DNA of 64,000 nt. Origin: Dimorphilus gyrociliatus (lineage: Eukaryota > Animalia > Annelida). The stretch spans positions 294,623-358,622 of the forward strand of contig CAJFCJ010000013.1 in NCBI GenBank assembly GCA_904063045.1, in the 5' to 3' direction. The notes under the pieces were generated by a model. That model ran no database searches, was not told the origin of the DNA, and saw only the letters and a list, made by a program, of their open reading frames with translations. Made by a program: the position numbers and the translations under genes. Of the stretch, positions 1 through 14,970 are shown piece after piece; position 1 is the stretch's first letter; each line of letters starts with the position of its first letter.

Positions 1-172
1 ATATCTGTACATTTCCCTAAATACGTGTATACATATACAGTATATATATATATATGTGTGTGTGTATACAGTATATATTATAAATTAAATTATTAAATAT
101 AAACAAAAGAATAATAGAATAAATCTCCGAAAAAAGGATAAAAAAAACAATAAATTAATGTAATTATAACTA

Positions 173-1967
<1,795 letters not shown>

Positions 1968-4900
1968 CTAATACAACTTAAGCAAAATTTACTTGATCTG
2001 ACTAACCAACAGTACGGTTCTCCCCAAAATAGGAACTTAGGAAGGCTGTGTCCGACTTCCGGTTTCTACTGTAGATGGGCTCCCCGCCTTATTTTTATCC
2101 AGGAAGGGAACCAGTTTTATGTAATGGTTGTTAATAGTAACCTAATAGTTGGCATTTCTAAGAGCAATTTAATGAAAAATTGGAATTATTAGAGGTTGTG
2201 AAGAGTATAAAATTTGAAGTTTAAATAGATTAATAAAGCAGTATGTCATATCTTCGGGAAAAATTTGACAAACATCAGTAATAACGTCAGAATTAGGTAT
2301 TACAATTTTAAAATTAGGACAAAGCTGCAAAAACACCGCAAATTCTTCTGTAAAAAAAAAAAAAAAAACTTTTCCATTTTATAATTTTTTCTTGATAAAA
2401 GAAACGCATTCTTACTTTTTCTTTGTTATATAATATCTTTATCAGATTCATATATCACAAAATAATTACTACTAAAACTCGATTTAATTGCATATTTTCT
2501 AAAAATAGAACGAAATAAAAAAAATTTATGAGAGAATAATGATTAAAATAGGGAAAAAATAAACAATAACAAAAGAAGAACACAAGTATTATCGGATAAT
2601 TTAGGTGGGGGAAAAAAAAAGTCCAACTTATCTCTGAACATTTGATAACTTCATTTACTAATAAAACATCATAAAATATAGCAAATAAATGACCATTTTA
2701 AATACTAATATATACAATACTGTATATATATATTTATTGTATTAGTATCAATCTATAAATAGATTACAAACTTAATAAACGTAGGTTTTCTAAGTGATAA
2801 ACTTTTAGAATATAATAATAATAAAAAGATATGTTTCCATTTCTACAAGAATGAACTACCTGGAAAAATGTGAAAAATAACCCAAGTAATAAAAACTGTA
2901 TCACGCGACATGTTAGAGAGTTTAAAATACACGAAGGAGGGCTTGATCATTCTCAGTCTATCTATGGAAGTGAAACTCTGCGCTACGAACTGTCTGAAGT
3001 CGTAAACACTTCGTTGATTATTTATCATCTATATTGTATACGCTGTACATACTGAATCTACGGTATTTATGTATGAAAATTTAAACCTTAATACCATATA
3101 CAGGCATCTGTTTTATTATCGTTTCTATTAATTAATAGCCGATTGACTATTGTTTTATTGATAGATATATCTATGATATTGAGATAATTCGAAAGGAAAA
3201 GATTGAGACTCTATGGCTTCAATGATTAACAAGAAGAGTATGGCGTTCTGCAATGTTTTACTATTCTTTGCTGTACTCTTCGAAGTAAATAAGCTTAAAG
3301 GTCCTTAGTTTTTTAAACATTGTTTGTTATTATTTATTCATATATAAATGATAATCTATTAGGGTATTTAACTAAAGATGACCGAAGAATATCGTTACGC
3401 CGAAAATTCAAGTCGAAAGAAAAATTATGCATCTTCCATTTTCACGAAGCAAACTTAGGTAACCCAGGGAAGAGGAGAGGGCTTTCGGACGAAGACAGCA
3501 GAGCGTCTAATCGATGTAGAAAATGTTTTCAATATCATCCATACAACATGTCACTGCGCTCTTTTAATACGATCGATTACACATAAATAGGATGTTTTCT
3601 GGTTAATATTTTACTCTGTTACAATATAATCTATATAAATTATAACTAATACACTTTGATTTAACCCCAAGCAAGAAAAATGTTTTCTTGTCTTCTCCTA
3701 AAATTATTCTCATAGTAGTTCTATCTTTTCCTAAAAATATCTTTATTATTCTTTTCATCTTTGCAGTAATACATACTCTCCATGAAATATTGATTTTTAT
3801 CATCATTCTGATTAAAATGAAAGTGCATCAGTGTGTATTCTCCAACGAATGAGATAATTAATTAAACAGTTTCATCATTAATGTAAAATCATTTACTAAA
3901 ACCTACTAGTCAGCTTTAAGATAACACAAATTAACTTCAATGGTTGGATAGAGAATCAACAAAATCTCCTTTTTTAATCCTACATTATACGTTATATATA
4001 TGTTCTTATCATCTTGAACCAAAAAGCCAATTGAAAGTAGGATGAATTATTTATATACTTATTCTTATTTAAATATTAATTTCATGTTCTATAAAAAGTA
4101 TACAAGTATACTTTATTTCTATTGCACATATAATGTTTACGCTTTTTCGTAGATGTAATATAAAGTATCTTAACAAACAATTGTTGTATTAATATCGTTA
4201 ATAGTATATTTATTTTATAGAATTGAATAAAGTATGTAGTTTATGGGTCTACAACGTATGGACGTACATTGATATACTAGCCAGATAATACAACATATAC
4301 TATACGCATTCACTACAAATATTTATCCATGTATACACTAATACTTTAACGATTAATACAATATTTATGGAATAACAAAATTTACAAATACTCATTATAT
4401 GTAGGTCTTTTTTTTGTTTAGAAAGGAGAGATTACAACATAATTAAGATAGTTTGCCATAATAGTAACAAACATAGACTTTATACTAAGGTTCTCTTTTA
4501 AACAGTAAATAAATTGAATCCTGAACAATTTCCCAGTTTAAATTCAAACAAAGACAAAAACTACTAAACTTTTAAGTTTACATTTAGGATTAGATTATGT
4601 GCATTAAATGTAGCTTTCCAAAAATTGGATATAGGTAGGTTCGTAGATAGAGAGACGAATATATAGATGTACATACATGGAGAGATAGATTGAGAAATAT
4701 ACACGCACAAACATAGATACTATCATAATAGACCTTGTATACATTTAATGTATATTCGTTTAGCGTCATTTTACGGAATGACCTTCAACGAAGATTAAAG
4801 CTCTTTCAGTGGATGCTCTTTTCTTTCCCTTATGATTAATAATGGGAATTACAATGTATTATTATGAATTATATAATAATAAAGATAAATAATATTGAGG

Positions 4901-6401
4901 TAGGGGAGGAATTTACATAAAAATTTCAATCACCGGGAGTACAATCTTGACTTGAATATTCTGCTACTAGAATAAATCCACTAGGTGGATCTCTTTCGAT
5001 CTTATCAATCGCCGATTCTATATTCTAACAAATTCATATCTTTTTTTTTGCCAGCAGATGGATCCATGCTGCTAACTCGGAAAGAGGAATTTACAATTTT
5101 AGCCAGAAAAACAGAGTATAGTTAGGACTATAGTGTAGATGGTAATTTTCAAGGCGTGTTCTTTCGCATTTCTTTTCTCATTAACATATCTGAATCAACG
5201 AAGACGAATCGTTGTTAAAGATACAACACAATATACAATATATTTGGTAATTTTATAGGCCAAAAATATATTTTTAGACGCCTGTTTAGCTATAGCTAAA
5301 CGGGAAATTGGCAGATCAGTCCAATTCTTTTTTGATAGAAATCTTGGAATCTATTTAAACAGTCGAGTTCTTTATGAATGTAGAAGTTAGTATAAAAGAA
5401 AATAACTTACATCAAGTTTTCTCCAGAAATTTCATCATCTCTTTCCTTCTTTTTCTGGACTTTGACCAGCCGCCTTGCGAGAGCCGAAAAGGCAACTGGC
5501 GCTGATAAAGGCAAACAACCTATCTTAAGTATCTTTCCATGCGGACATAAATTAGCATATCCACTCCTGATTGGTCCTATGAATACGTGTCCTAAAACTA
5601 GACAAAGCGCCACGTTGCTTTGTTAAGATCTGTAAAAATGAACTTTGCTCGTCTGAAATTACACATTTTTACCTTTTCCAATATCATTAATAATCATAGA
5701 AGTCTACTGCCCGGCCACGCCCTCCCTTAGCGTCCTTGAGCAAAAGACTTTTAGAGGAAACATGACGACTTGATAGAAATACAATTTACATCCTTGTCTG
5801 AACAAAATTAGATAAATAATTATCTGAAAGATGACAGCCTTGAAATTTTTTGTCCAAATTCGATTTATTTTCCTTTTAATAAAAATACAAAAAAGTCTCT
5901 TCCCCTCTCCAAATATGAAAGATATTTTCGATTACGTCTGACAATGAAGATGAGAAATTTTTTAACGATTTAAAAACTGCTGGGTTTTCCTTTTTTTGTT
6001 CAAACAAATACCATACAATTTCCTATTATGTAAGATGGTTTATTAAATATTTTCTTTTAAAAAAAAAACAAAGAAGAACGCTGAGATCTTCTAAACGTAT
6101 TTTCTAAACATCTTAAATTTATCTATATATGAATATTTGAATATTTAAAAGAGTTTAATTATTTATTACACAAACTAAGAAAGAAATGCTTTGTTTTTCT
6201 TTAAATATTTATTAATTGTATCATAATATAACTTATTTTTTTTTTGATATTGTTAAAAGATAGAGTACAAAAGTAAAAGAAATAGTTGAAAGTCGGAAAA
6301 AGTATGTTATTTCATCCTTGAAACATTTGTTTCTTTTATGTTTGTATACTCCATACAAAAAACAGATAAAATTAGGGGGTTATCAGACAGGAACAAATAC
6401 A

Positions 6402-6435
<34 letters not shown>

Positions 6436-7524
6436 TGTTGTGCGTATGAACTGACGGCATACGCCCTCGATATCTCTTATTTCCATAATAAGTTCTTTAA
6501 CCTTCTTTAACATTTTCTTTTGATTTTGTATTTGAATTTAGGTTAAGGCAACCATTTTTATTGTAGAAGGTGATTTTTAAATGGAGCATTAGATTTAATC
6601 ATAAATAGAATTTCCGTAGCAAGGTTTTTTCGTGTTTTTTCTTATATTTTATTAGTTAAGTGTTTACAACTTGTGCCAATTTAGCGAACATTAATAACTC
6701 AAGGTGTAAAAAATTTCACCCTAAACCTTTCGGATAGATAGTATAGTTATTTTCTGTCTATCTCTCTCTCTCTCTCTCTTTTTCAAGAAGTCAATCTTGT
6801 TTCTTAGCCATATTTTCAAGGTATTTGCAATAGTAGGTTTTCTTTCGAATTGGTTGCTTAAAAAATTAATAGTCATACAAGATTCTGTCGATATTAAAAT
6901 GTTAAAATTTCAGTCTACAACCTAATGTACGATCGCATTAAAAGGTTTCACCATTCTTATCGTCAGGGTTCAAAGGTTCTCATCTCTTAGGCTCTCTCAA
7001 ATAAGAATAACAGTTTAAAATTACACATATTTTAGGCGTTGGCTTAAATAAGAAAAAAAAACGGCTGAAGAGATAGATCGGTACTAATTTAGAAAAATTA
7101 CGAATTATACGACATTGGAATTGAAAGATCATCAGTAGAAGATGTCTTTAAGAAAATATCTGCATTGTTATATGACAATTTAACATGGTAACAATAAAAT
7201 AAATTCATCTATATATAAATATATACAGTATCTTCAAATTTGCGTACTGTATATATATATATATATATTTATTTATTTACAATATCTGTACAAAATATAT
7301 ATGGAGAAAAAGTGATACTGTGAGAAAACAATTGAATTTTGATTGAAAAATATGATGGAGAACAAAAGAAAAGATAATAATTAGATAAATAATAATAGTT
7401 CTTATAAAGGACAAAAAAAGGAAAAAAACAAAAATGCCTCACTAACTTCTGAACACAGCGGAGTAAAACAGGGAGAGAAGTACTTTCTGTGTTATATAGT
7501 TGAGCAAATATCATATTATCAAGT

Positions 7525-8905
7525 TCATTTTAAGGATGAAAATAGCACACTAATACTTTGGAGATAAGTATAGACATCAATTTTTTCTGCTTTTAAATCG
7601 AAATAATTTCCGTAGAGTAGGTTCATTGTTCCTATTGCTTGTCGTTTTTTCGTTTTCTTACATCTTAATCTATCGGTTGTAATATAGATAAATGTTTGAA
7701 GACCTAATAGCACCTCTGTTACGGTAAATATATCTGGATGGTTCATTGCAAATATTTCGGGATACGCTTGCCTAAAGTAGTCGACAGATGCGAAATTTCT
7801 TGGAGAAGATGGTTGTGGAATAGTTGCCCAATAGTATGGTGGAATTTCAGCAGTAGGTAAAATGTGGTTTCTAAGGATCAGTTCTGCAAATGTTATTAAA
7901 CGATCGTCGTTTGCAGGGCAATCTTTTACTATGGCCTCAAAAGCTTTGGAAACGTCATTGGGATCTAAGAATGCCAAACCGAAGAAACAAGTCAACCATT
8001 TTCCAGTCTTCGAAAATGGTTCGTTGTAATCTTCTAATAAATTGAGACTTCTCATTTTCCTGATAAAAATTTGGCTAAGATGAAAAGCACAACATTTGAT
8101 TTGAGCGTCCGGTATAAATTCATATAAAGCTTCAATCGCGTAAGCGTCATGATGGGAATAAAACTCTTTCGGTTGAAATTTACAATTCAGTTTGTTAGCT
8201 TCGTCGGTAATGAATTGGAAAATTTCCATATAATTCGCCTTTGTAGAAGTAGAAAATATGGCGTAAAGCAGAGGTACAATTACGTCATCCTTGAAACCAT
8301 AAATAAAATACATATGGCTATAATATTTAGGCGCAGTTCTATAGCTTATATCAGTAAATAATATTTCAACATCGTTGCACATAGCTTTAATGTTTGAGCT
8401 ACAGGTAAAGATAATTGTTCCTCTATTCTTTGCACCGAAATGAACGAATTTCTCTCCTCTTATTGTTCCTTGTGAATTTTTATCCAAATACACGTGCAAA
8501 TTACGTACATCGTCCGAGAATACTGTAGTAGCGTCCAAAGGCGTTTCCACAACTTGAAAAAGTTTTATTTTTTTTTTTTTTGTTTATTAATATCATTATT
8601 TAAACACTTAATAACCTATAAATACCTGTAACCGCATTTACGTCGACTTTCGCTTTCTTCGGATCTTGAATAAGTTCAATAATTTCGCTGTGTCTCTTAG
8701 AAGGTTGTACTGACTTTTTCCGATATTCAGCATTTTTTTCCATCATTTTTTCGTAGGTAAGACTATTGGCGATGGTTGTTATATTTTTTTGCTTAACTTG
8801 CCATTCGGCATCTTTAGAAGCCATTTTTCCGTAGTTTATCGCGTTATTTGGTACAACCGTTACATTATTTTGCATCGTTTGCATTTTAGTCCCTCTATCT
8901 GCCAT
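7525..8905 (-). CDS. MULE (Mutator-like) transposase-derived protein, two exons, catalytic triad degenerate
   Basis: Exons 8905-8626 and 8552-7525 are joined in frame by a 73-nt GT-AG intron. MULE-domain motifs: IIFTC..NI, LFTDISYRTAP, VPLLYAIF, CCAFHLSQ (CxxH), FFGLAFL, YW. No terminal inverted repeats seen by eye. Confidence 0.85.
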
Positions 8906-11900
8906 TCTTTCGTAATTTGGATTACTATTAGTATCGTTTGTAATGTTTTTGTTTATATATTGTATATTTGCTCACTTAGCTATAGATTCAAAGGAAAAGC
9001 TTTGCTCTTGATTTATTCGATTGATTACTGCAAGTTGATTCTCCTGTTCGAAAAAAAAAGGAAAGAAAAGAATTGAACATTTATTTATTTAAATAAATCG
9101 TATTACGTATTCTAACCGTAATAATTATTGATAATTGATTAAATATTGGACAAGAGCAGGACAAAACGTTAATCAATGTGACGCTCATTTATTTTTTATG
9201 ATCAGAATTTCTTCCACGTATCGTAATATCTTACTTAATTCTACAATTAATACAATATAGAATGAGAAAGTTTTGTCGGAGATCTAATCATTGACTGTTG
9301 AACTATACTTCTTTCTATTTTTTTTTTTTTACCAAGGTTAAGGATTCTTCCACACCTTTGTATTCGGTATTAAAATCATGCTATACTTTTAACATTTACA
9401 TCCAACTTACTGATCATATATTATAAATACAAATTAAGTATAGATATGTAATAAGTATATCTATCTCTGTGATATTGTACTTTGTTCTTTTCCATTGTAG
9501 AGAGGCTTAACTATAATTAAAAATTCTACACTTTAATGTCCAAATACATCACATAAACGATAAAAATAAGAGTATCGTTTTGCGCAATAATCAACTAAAA
9601 TCAAGAAAAAAAAACAATGGCAAATAATTATTATTATTTACTGTTATCAATAGATTTTCTTTTAAAAAAAAAAAACACTAATTGTAATTCTATATTAATA
9701 ATATACTATACGGCCTTTACGTCAATTAATATATTAACATAGATTTTAATCTCTTATCATTTTAAATTGTACAACTGTAAGAAATGTTGATTTATTATCT
9801 AAACAACAACAAAAAAAGTAATAGAGAAAACGAAATAGCTAGTTTAAAAAGTGAATATCGAAGAATGGAGATTGGGCGTACGATATTTAAAATAATAATC
9901 CTCTATATTTGCCACTTAACAAAGATTATACAGCTTTATTTTTCATCAGTTTAGTATTACGGAAGAAAATATTTATTAGATACATATTTTTTTTATTAAA
10001 AAAAAAAAAATAAGCAACAGATGTCGTTGAAGAGTGACTACGCCGCCCTCTTTTTTCCTAACAGGAATAATTTGTAATAAATTTCAAGTACTAAATAAAG
10101 ATTCTTTCCCTTTTTTTTTTGCAAATTATAATTTCGAGTTGTTTATAAATAGAGACAAAAAAGAATTCGACCAAGACTAAAGGTTGTAATAGTATTTTCA
10201 GAACGATATCAACATCTGATAAGATCAACTAAGTAGGTGAAATAAAAGTAATAGATCTAGGTATATATAGTAGAAACTTTTATATCCTACGTACAATGTA
10301 TATAAATATAGAAATTTTTTAATTATTGTACAAGATTTATGTAAAAACTATCGATTATTCCTATACATAGCTGAAGATAATGAAAATCAGCTAACGTTCT
10401 CTTCTCTACATTTATTCAAATGAAAATTAGCTTCCGAACTTGAAAATTGAATGGCTATTCAATAAAAATCCAATAAGCAATCCTAAATACAAATTCAATA
10501 AACTAAACTGTTATTTAATGTTCCAATTTCCAGAATATTATAAATATTAACTAACAAATGAAACAACTTATTTACCGTAACCGTCGACTGATGACTTTAA
10601 AGGAGACATTTCCTATGTAGTATAAACATTCCAAAGGTCCTTGAGCAGTGTCTTATCCGAGTATTGTATTACGCGTCTAATATCTCAAAGACCATTTAGG
10701 TAAAAAAAAAAAAAAATACTTTCTTTTAATGTATATACTTGGAATTAGCCACTAAAATAAATTATTAATTAGGTCAATTAGGGCAATTTTATTCCCTATT
10801 AACCTGACTCATAGAAAAAAAAATGACATTGGCGTTCTTGTTGTTACCCACATCAGATTTCTCCTTCACACGTCTACCTATCTTTGTTGTTAGCCTATCT
10901 TTCCTTTTGAAAAACGAGATAAAATTAACCGTATAAGTGAATTCTTATAGCGATTAGCTAATGGTTTTATCCATAGAATACAATGGGTTGAATTAATGCA
11001 ACGATTTCTCTTAAAAAGGCAAAAAAATTCACTCCGCCTGTTACTCGCTCAGTTTTTTCCCAAAAACTAATCTGGCGTATGTTTAATGTAATTAGTATGT
11101 TGATTCTCTCTAATATATATTCATAAGATTTATAGAGCACGTTAGAATTTTTAACAACGGTAGATTAATCTTGTAAGATAATGATAAAAACGATAATATT
11201 ACTTTGCCCATTGAAAAACTTGGCCATAATTTACCTTTAGCTTAAATCTGAAAAGTGTGAAGTTTGAAAAACTCTTCAAGATTCTAACTTCTTATATGAT
11301 TTATAAACACTCTCGTAATTTCTAAAGTCGGCGTCTAGTGATATAGTAATGAGTGTCTCTATTATATTAAAATTTTCTCTACTCTTACATTTAGCGCCAT
11401 CTATGACCTACCTTTGTAATTTTTTGGCGAAAAGTTTCACAACCCATACAGAATATGAAATATAAGCTATACAATATTAACTAGTATATTCAGCTCTAGT
11501 ACTTTTCGTCGTCTATATATGAAAATGAACTAATGCGTACAGTATAACTTACCATTTTTTCTTTCTGTATAAACGTCGGGGTGTTGAAGTGACAGTACTC
11601 AATGTTCTAAGAATATTTCGCTACATACACAAAAAAAATAAATAAATTGTGAAAAAAATCTACTTTTATTACCGAGAATTCTTTTATAATTCATTAACCA
11701 ATCAACTAAAAATCTTTCGTAAAAATTTTATCGATGACGTCACAAAATATTATACTTCCTGTTCCATCCCGCCTTTTCTATAAAATTTAATTATTGACTA
11801 TTAATTATTGAAAAATCGAATGACGAATAAAGCAAATCTATCTTCAAGATAGAAAGGAAACAAGATAGAGCATCCTCCAAGTTCCTCGTCAATTGCCACA

Positions 11901-14900
11901 CAACGAACTACAAGGAAATAAATTATTCGATTTGTTTTTTTTCTGTTGAAAGAAATTTATTACTTTGTACAATTTGCGCTTTTTTCTTCGTAATCCAACT
12001 TAGGTAGTTTTTTTGTCTTTAAAATCTCAATAGGAGTTTTAAAACTCGCACTCATATCCACATAGGGGTCGAGAGAAAATATCTACATCCTTGGCATTAT
12101 TAGAATCCAATTTTAGCATAGAAAAGGGCTATGGAAGCATACGGCGAATATTAGCTTGTAGTACGTTATATCCGAGCTAACAATTGGGAGAAGTGAAAGA
12201 GACAGAGCTAGGAGTAGTAGAGCTAATTAGAGACTAGGGTAAAACTAAAAAGTTTATGGATGCTTTCAACCGTATTTCTCTCTGCTAGATATGTTCAAGA
12301 ATTTGAAGTCTTTTTTATATTGTGTCAACTTCTGTTGTACGTACCCCTCTATTTGGAATTTAAAAACAGAGATCAAATAGCATGAGAGATCAAATTAAGA
12401 ATGATTTCATTAACTCCAATTGTTTAGTAGAGTAACATTCTTTAAAAGTATTTCATATAGGATCCTGAAAAATCATTCCATCTTTTCAACAATTGTTTTT
12501 TTAGAAACTTCACGTCCTCTGCAATTTTTGTCTCAAAATATATGCGACAAACAAACTCTGATATATTCAAGCATACGTCTATAGTACTGCTAACAAATTA
12601 AATTGTAAGACAATGCAAAATAAACAAACAAACATACAAGAGAACTCACTTTTACGCTATCTAGTGGATATCTTATCCTCTAGCTTTGTTTTCTTTATCG
12701 TGTCTCCTTCTTTCTTAAATCACGTCAGAATGAAGTATTCTCTTCCTTAAAATATCTTTTCATTCTTTACTTCCAAAATTGTTAATCCTGAAGTGGGAAG
12801 CCAGCAAGTAGAAAAATTTTAAAGATCTCCTATACTTCTCTTTTCCTTAGGCTTTTTAAAAAAACTTTTATTTCATAGTTTTGCTACAAAATAGATAAAG
12901 CAAACAAAACAAAAGTTCCTCGTCTTAAAAGAAAAATTATAAAGAAGATATTGAACTGACAATAAAATTTGCTAACCAGATATTAAGTTGTACTTAAATA
13001 TAAAGATTTCATTCCTTGAAAAACGATAAACCAGAGATAACACTAAAAATCAGAAATGACTCAACAGGAATAGATTTTCAAACTTTTGAAAAATTGAGGG
13101 ACTATGAGCGACACCTAGTTGTTGAGTAAACGAAAGACTTCACATTATAGGATAATAAACTCTTAGCATCCTCTTAAAATTAAGGAAGATATATAGCGAC
13201 TCCTAGCTGCTAAAATCTTTTATCAGATTATTAAAACAATTCATAATGTACCGTCTAGTTTGTTATCTGGGATTTATATATTTAGTTTAAATGTTGGAGA
13301 AAACGTGAACTGTTACCCTAACCCTAACACATCGATTTAGCCCTAATATGATCTAAAAGTAGCCAAATTTAACCGTAAAAGTGCCTTTAACTTAGCTTTT
13401 CAAACTGTAATGTCAATGGATTTTTTCTCGTTTACTTTTACATTTAAAAAAAAACTTGTAATACTCACCAAAACGCTTTATCTGCTTCTTCTTCTTCTTC
13501 TTCTTCATAAGTAAAAATCAAACATGTCAATTTTTCCAATTTTTTCCTCCTTAGCTTTCTTCCAGACAATTAGTAGTGAAATAGCGATAGTAGACATTTA
13601 AACAATCGTATCCTCTCAGAAAGGATAAACACCAATGTTAAAAGTTTGTAGTGAAATGATGACATCTAGTGTATAAAAAAGGGAGATAATTTTCGGAAGT
13701 CACGTTTGATAGAATTTAAAAAACTTTTATAAATTTTCTTCTCAATTATGTAGGTGAATGCTTGAGTGACTCGTTGGTTTGATATATAGCGATTGTTTGT
13801 GGGCAGATACTACTATCAAATGTTTCTTTCAATATCTAGGAAATTAATGGAATATTAATACCTTTGATCAAATTAAATTAGACGCTTTCGTTGTTCATGG
13901 CATAAAAATTATTCATTCTAATAAAAAGTTTGTCATGGCTTTAAATATTTAGAAAAAATGTACTTTTATCCAAACTGCATCAACAGTTGCTTTCTAGGTT
14001 GGATAATTATCTCTCAGCAATTAGATATTAGCAAAAGCGATGACCTCAATAGATTGCTAATTAATGCTCGGCGAGTTATTATTAAGCATAGCCAGTATAT
14101 TCTTTGATCTACTTACAGCTCTTTGATTTCACGATTAAGTAAGTCTGCCTCATCCTTAAAAGTACAGGTTTATGCTGAACTTTCTTTAGAAGGTAATTGT
14201 TTACAAAAGGAAAAAAGAATCATCATCAATCCCTTTTAATTCATCGTAATGAATAATGAATATTAAACAGTATATTTGTTCTTGTGCTTTCGTCACTAGA
14301 GAGCAACATTTTTTTTTAACTTTTGTTCCATTTACAGACTGTAATTATCCAATTTAATCATCAGGCTATTCACAATATTTTTAACGATTTGCAGAGTTAA
14401 ACTCTATCTGGATGGCTGGTAAAAGTTTTTGTGTCATTTTTTTAAAATCAGTGTTCCAACTGAGCCTTTTTATTCTTTGTTTTTTTTTCATTTGGACCGG
14501 AAAAAGTCGAAAAAAAGAAATTAAATAACAAAAAAAACTACACGCAAAGAGGACTAGGCGCCTATGTAAAAATTTATGTTTACAAGATTGCAGGTGTAAC
14601 CCAATTTAACGCCTAAAATGCGTACGAAAAATAAGCGTCTCTTTTCCAGCATTTTAACCCTTGTAGAAGCCATTAGGCGTATACAGTATATACATATATA
14701 TATATATATATACAGTATATAGAGTATATTCTAATCTTTAACAGTTTAAATTACTCAGTTAAAGATATAACTGTAGATGTCTCTACTAGTTGAAAAAAAG
14801 AACGAAAAATCGATAGCTATTAGGCTTAAAACTTTAGATTTAAAACGCCCCTTTTCTCTAAAAAGAAACCTAGATATTTAATAAATAAATAAAATAACTA

Positions 14901-14970
14901 TGTATCTTATACATTATATATATTCTTGTGGAAATATATAATGAAAAGAGAATAAACTAAGGGACAATCG

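Noticed and set aside
2169-3028. Possible minus-strand two-exon gene (3028 to about 2862, joined to about 2349-2169) that stays in frame
   Set aside because: No recognisable domain; a competing plus-strand ORF overlaps it; cannot be distinguished from chance in AT-rich DNA without RNA data.
4930-4951. TCACCGGGAGTACAATCTTGAC carries the miR-36 family seed
   Set aside because: No complementary arm on either side, so no pre-miRNA hairpin.
5099-5613. Minus-strand exon pair with a strong GTAAGT donor and a hydrophobic last exon (ITIYTIVLTILCFSG*)
   Set aside because: No consistent start or upstream exon could be joined and no homology recognised; left unannotated.
12061-12850. Slightly GC-richer stretch with semi-open frames, possibly an old transposon
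   Set aside because: No RT, integrase or transposase motif found in the frames I translated.
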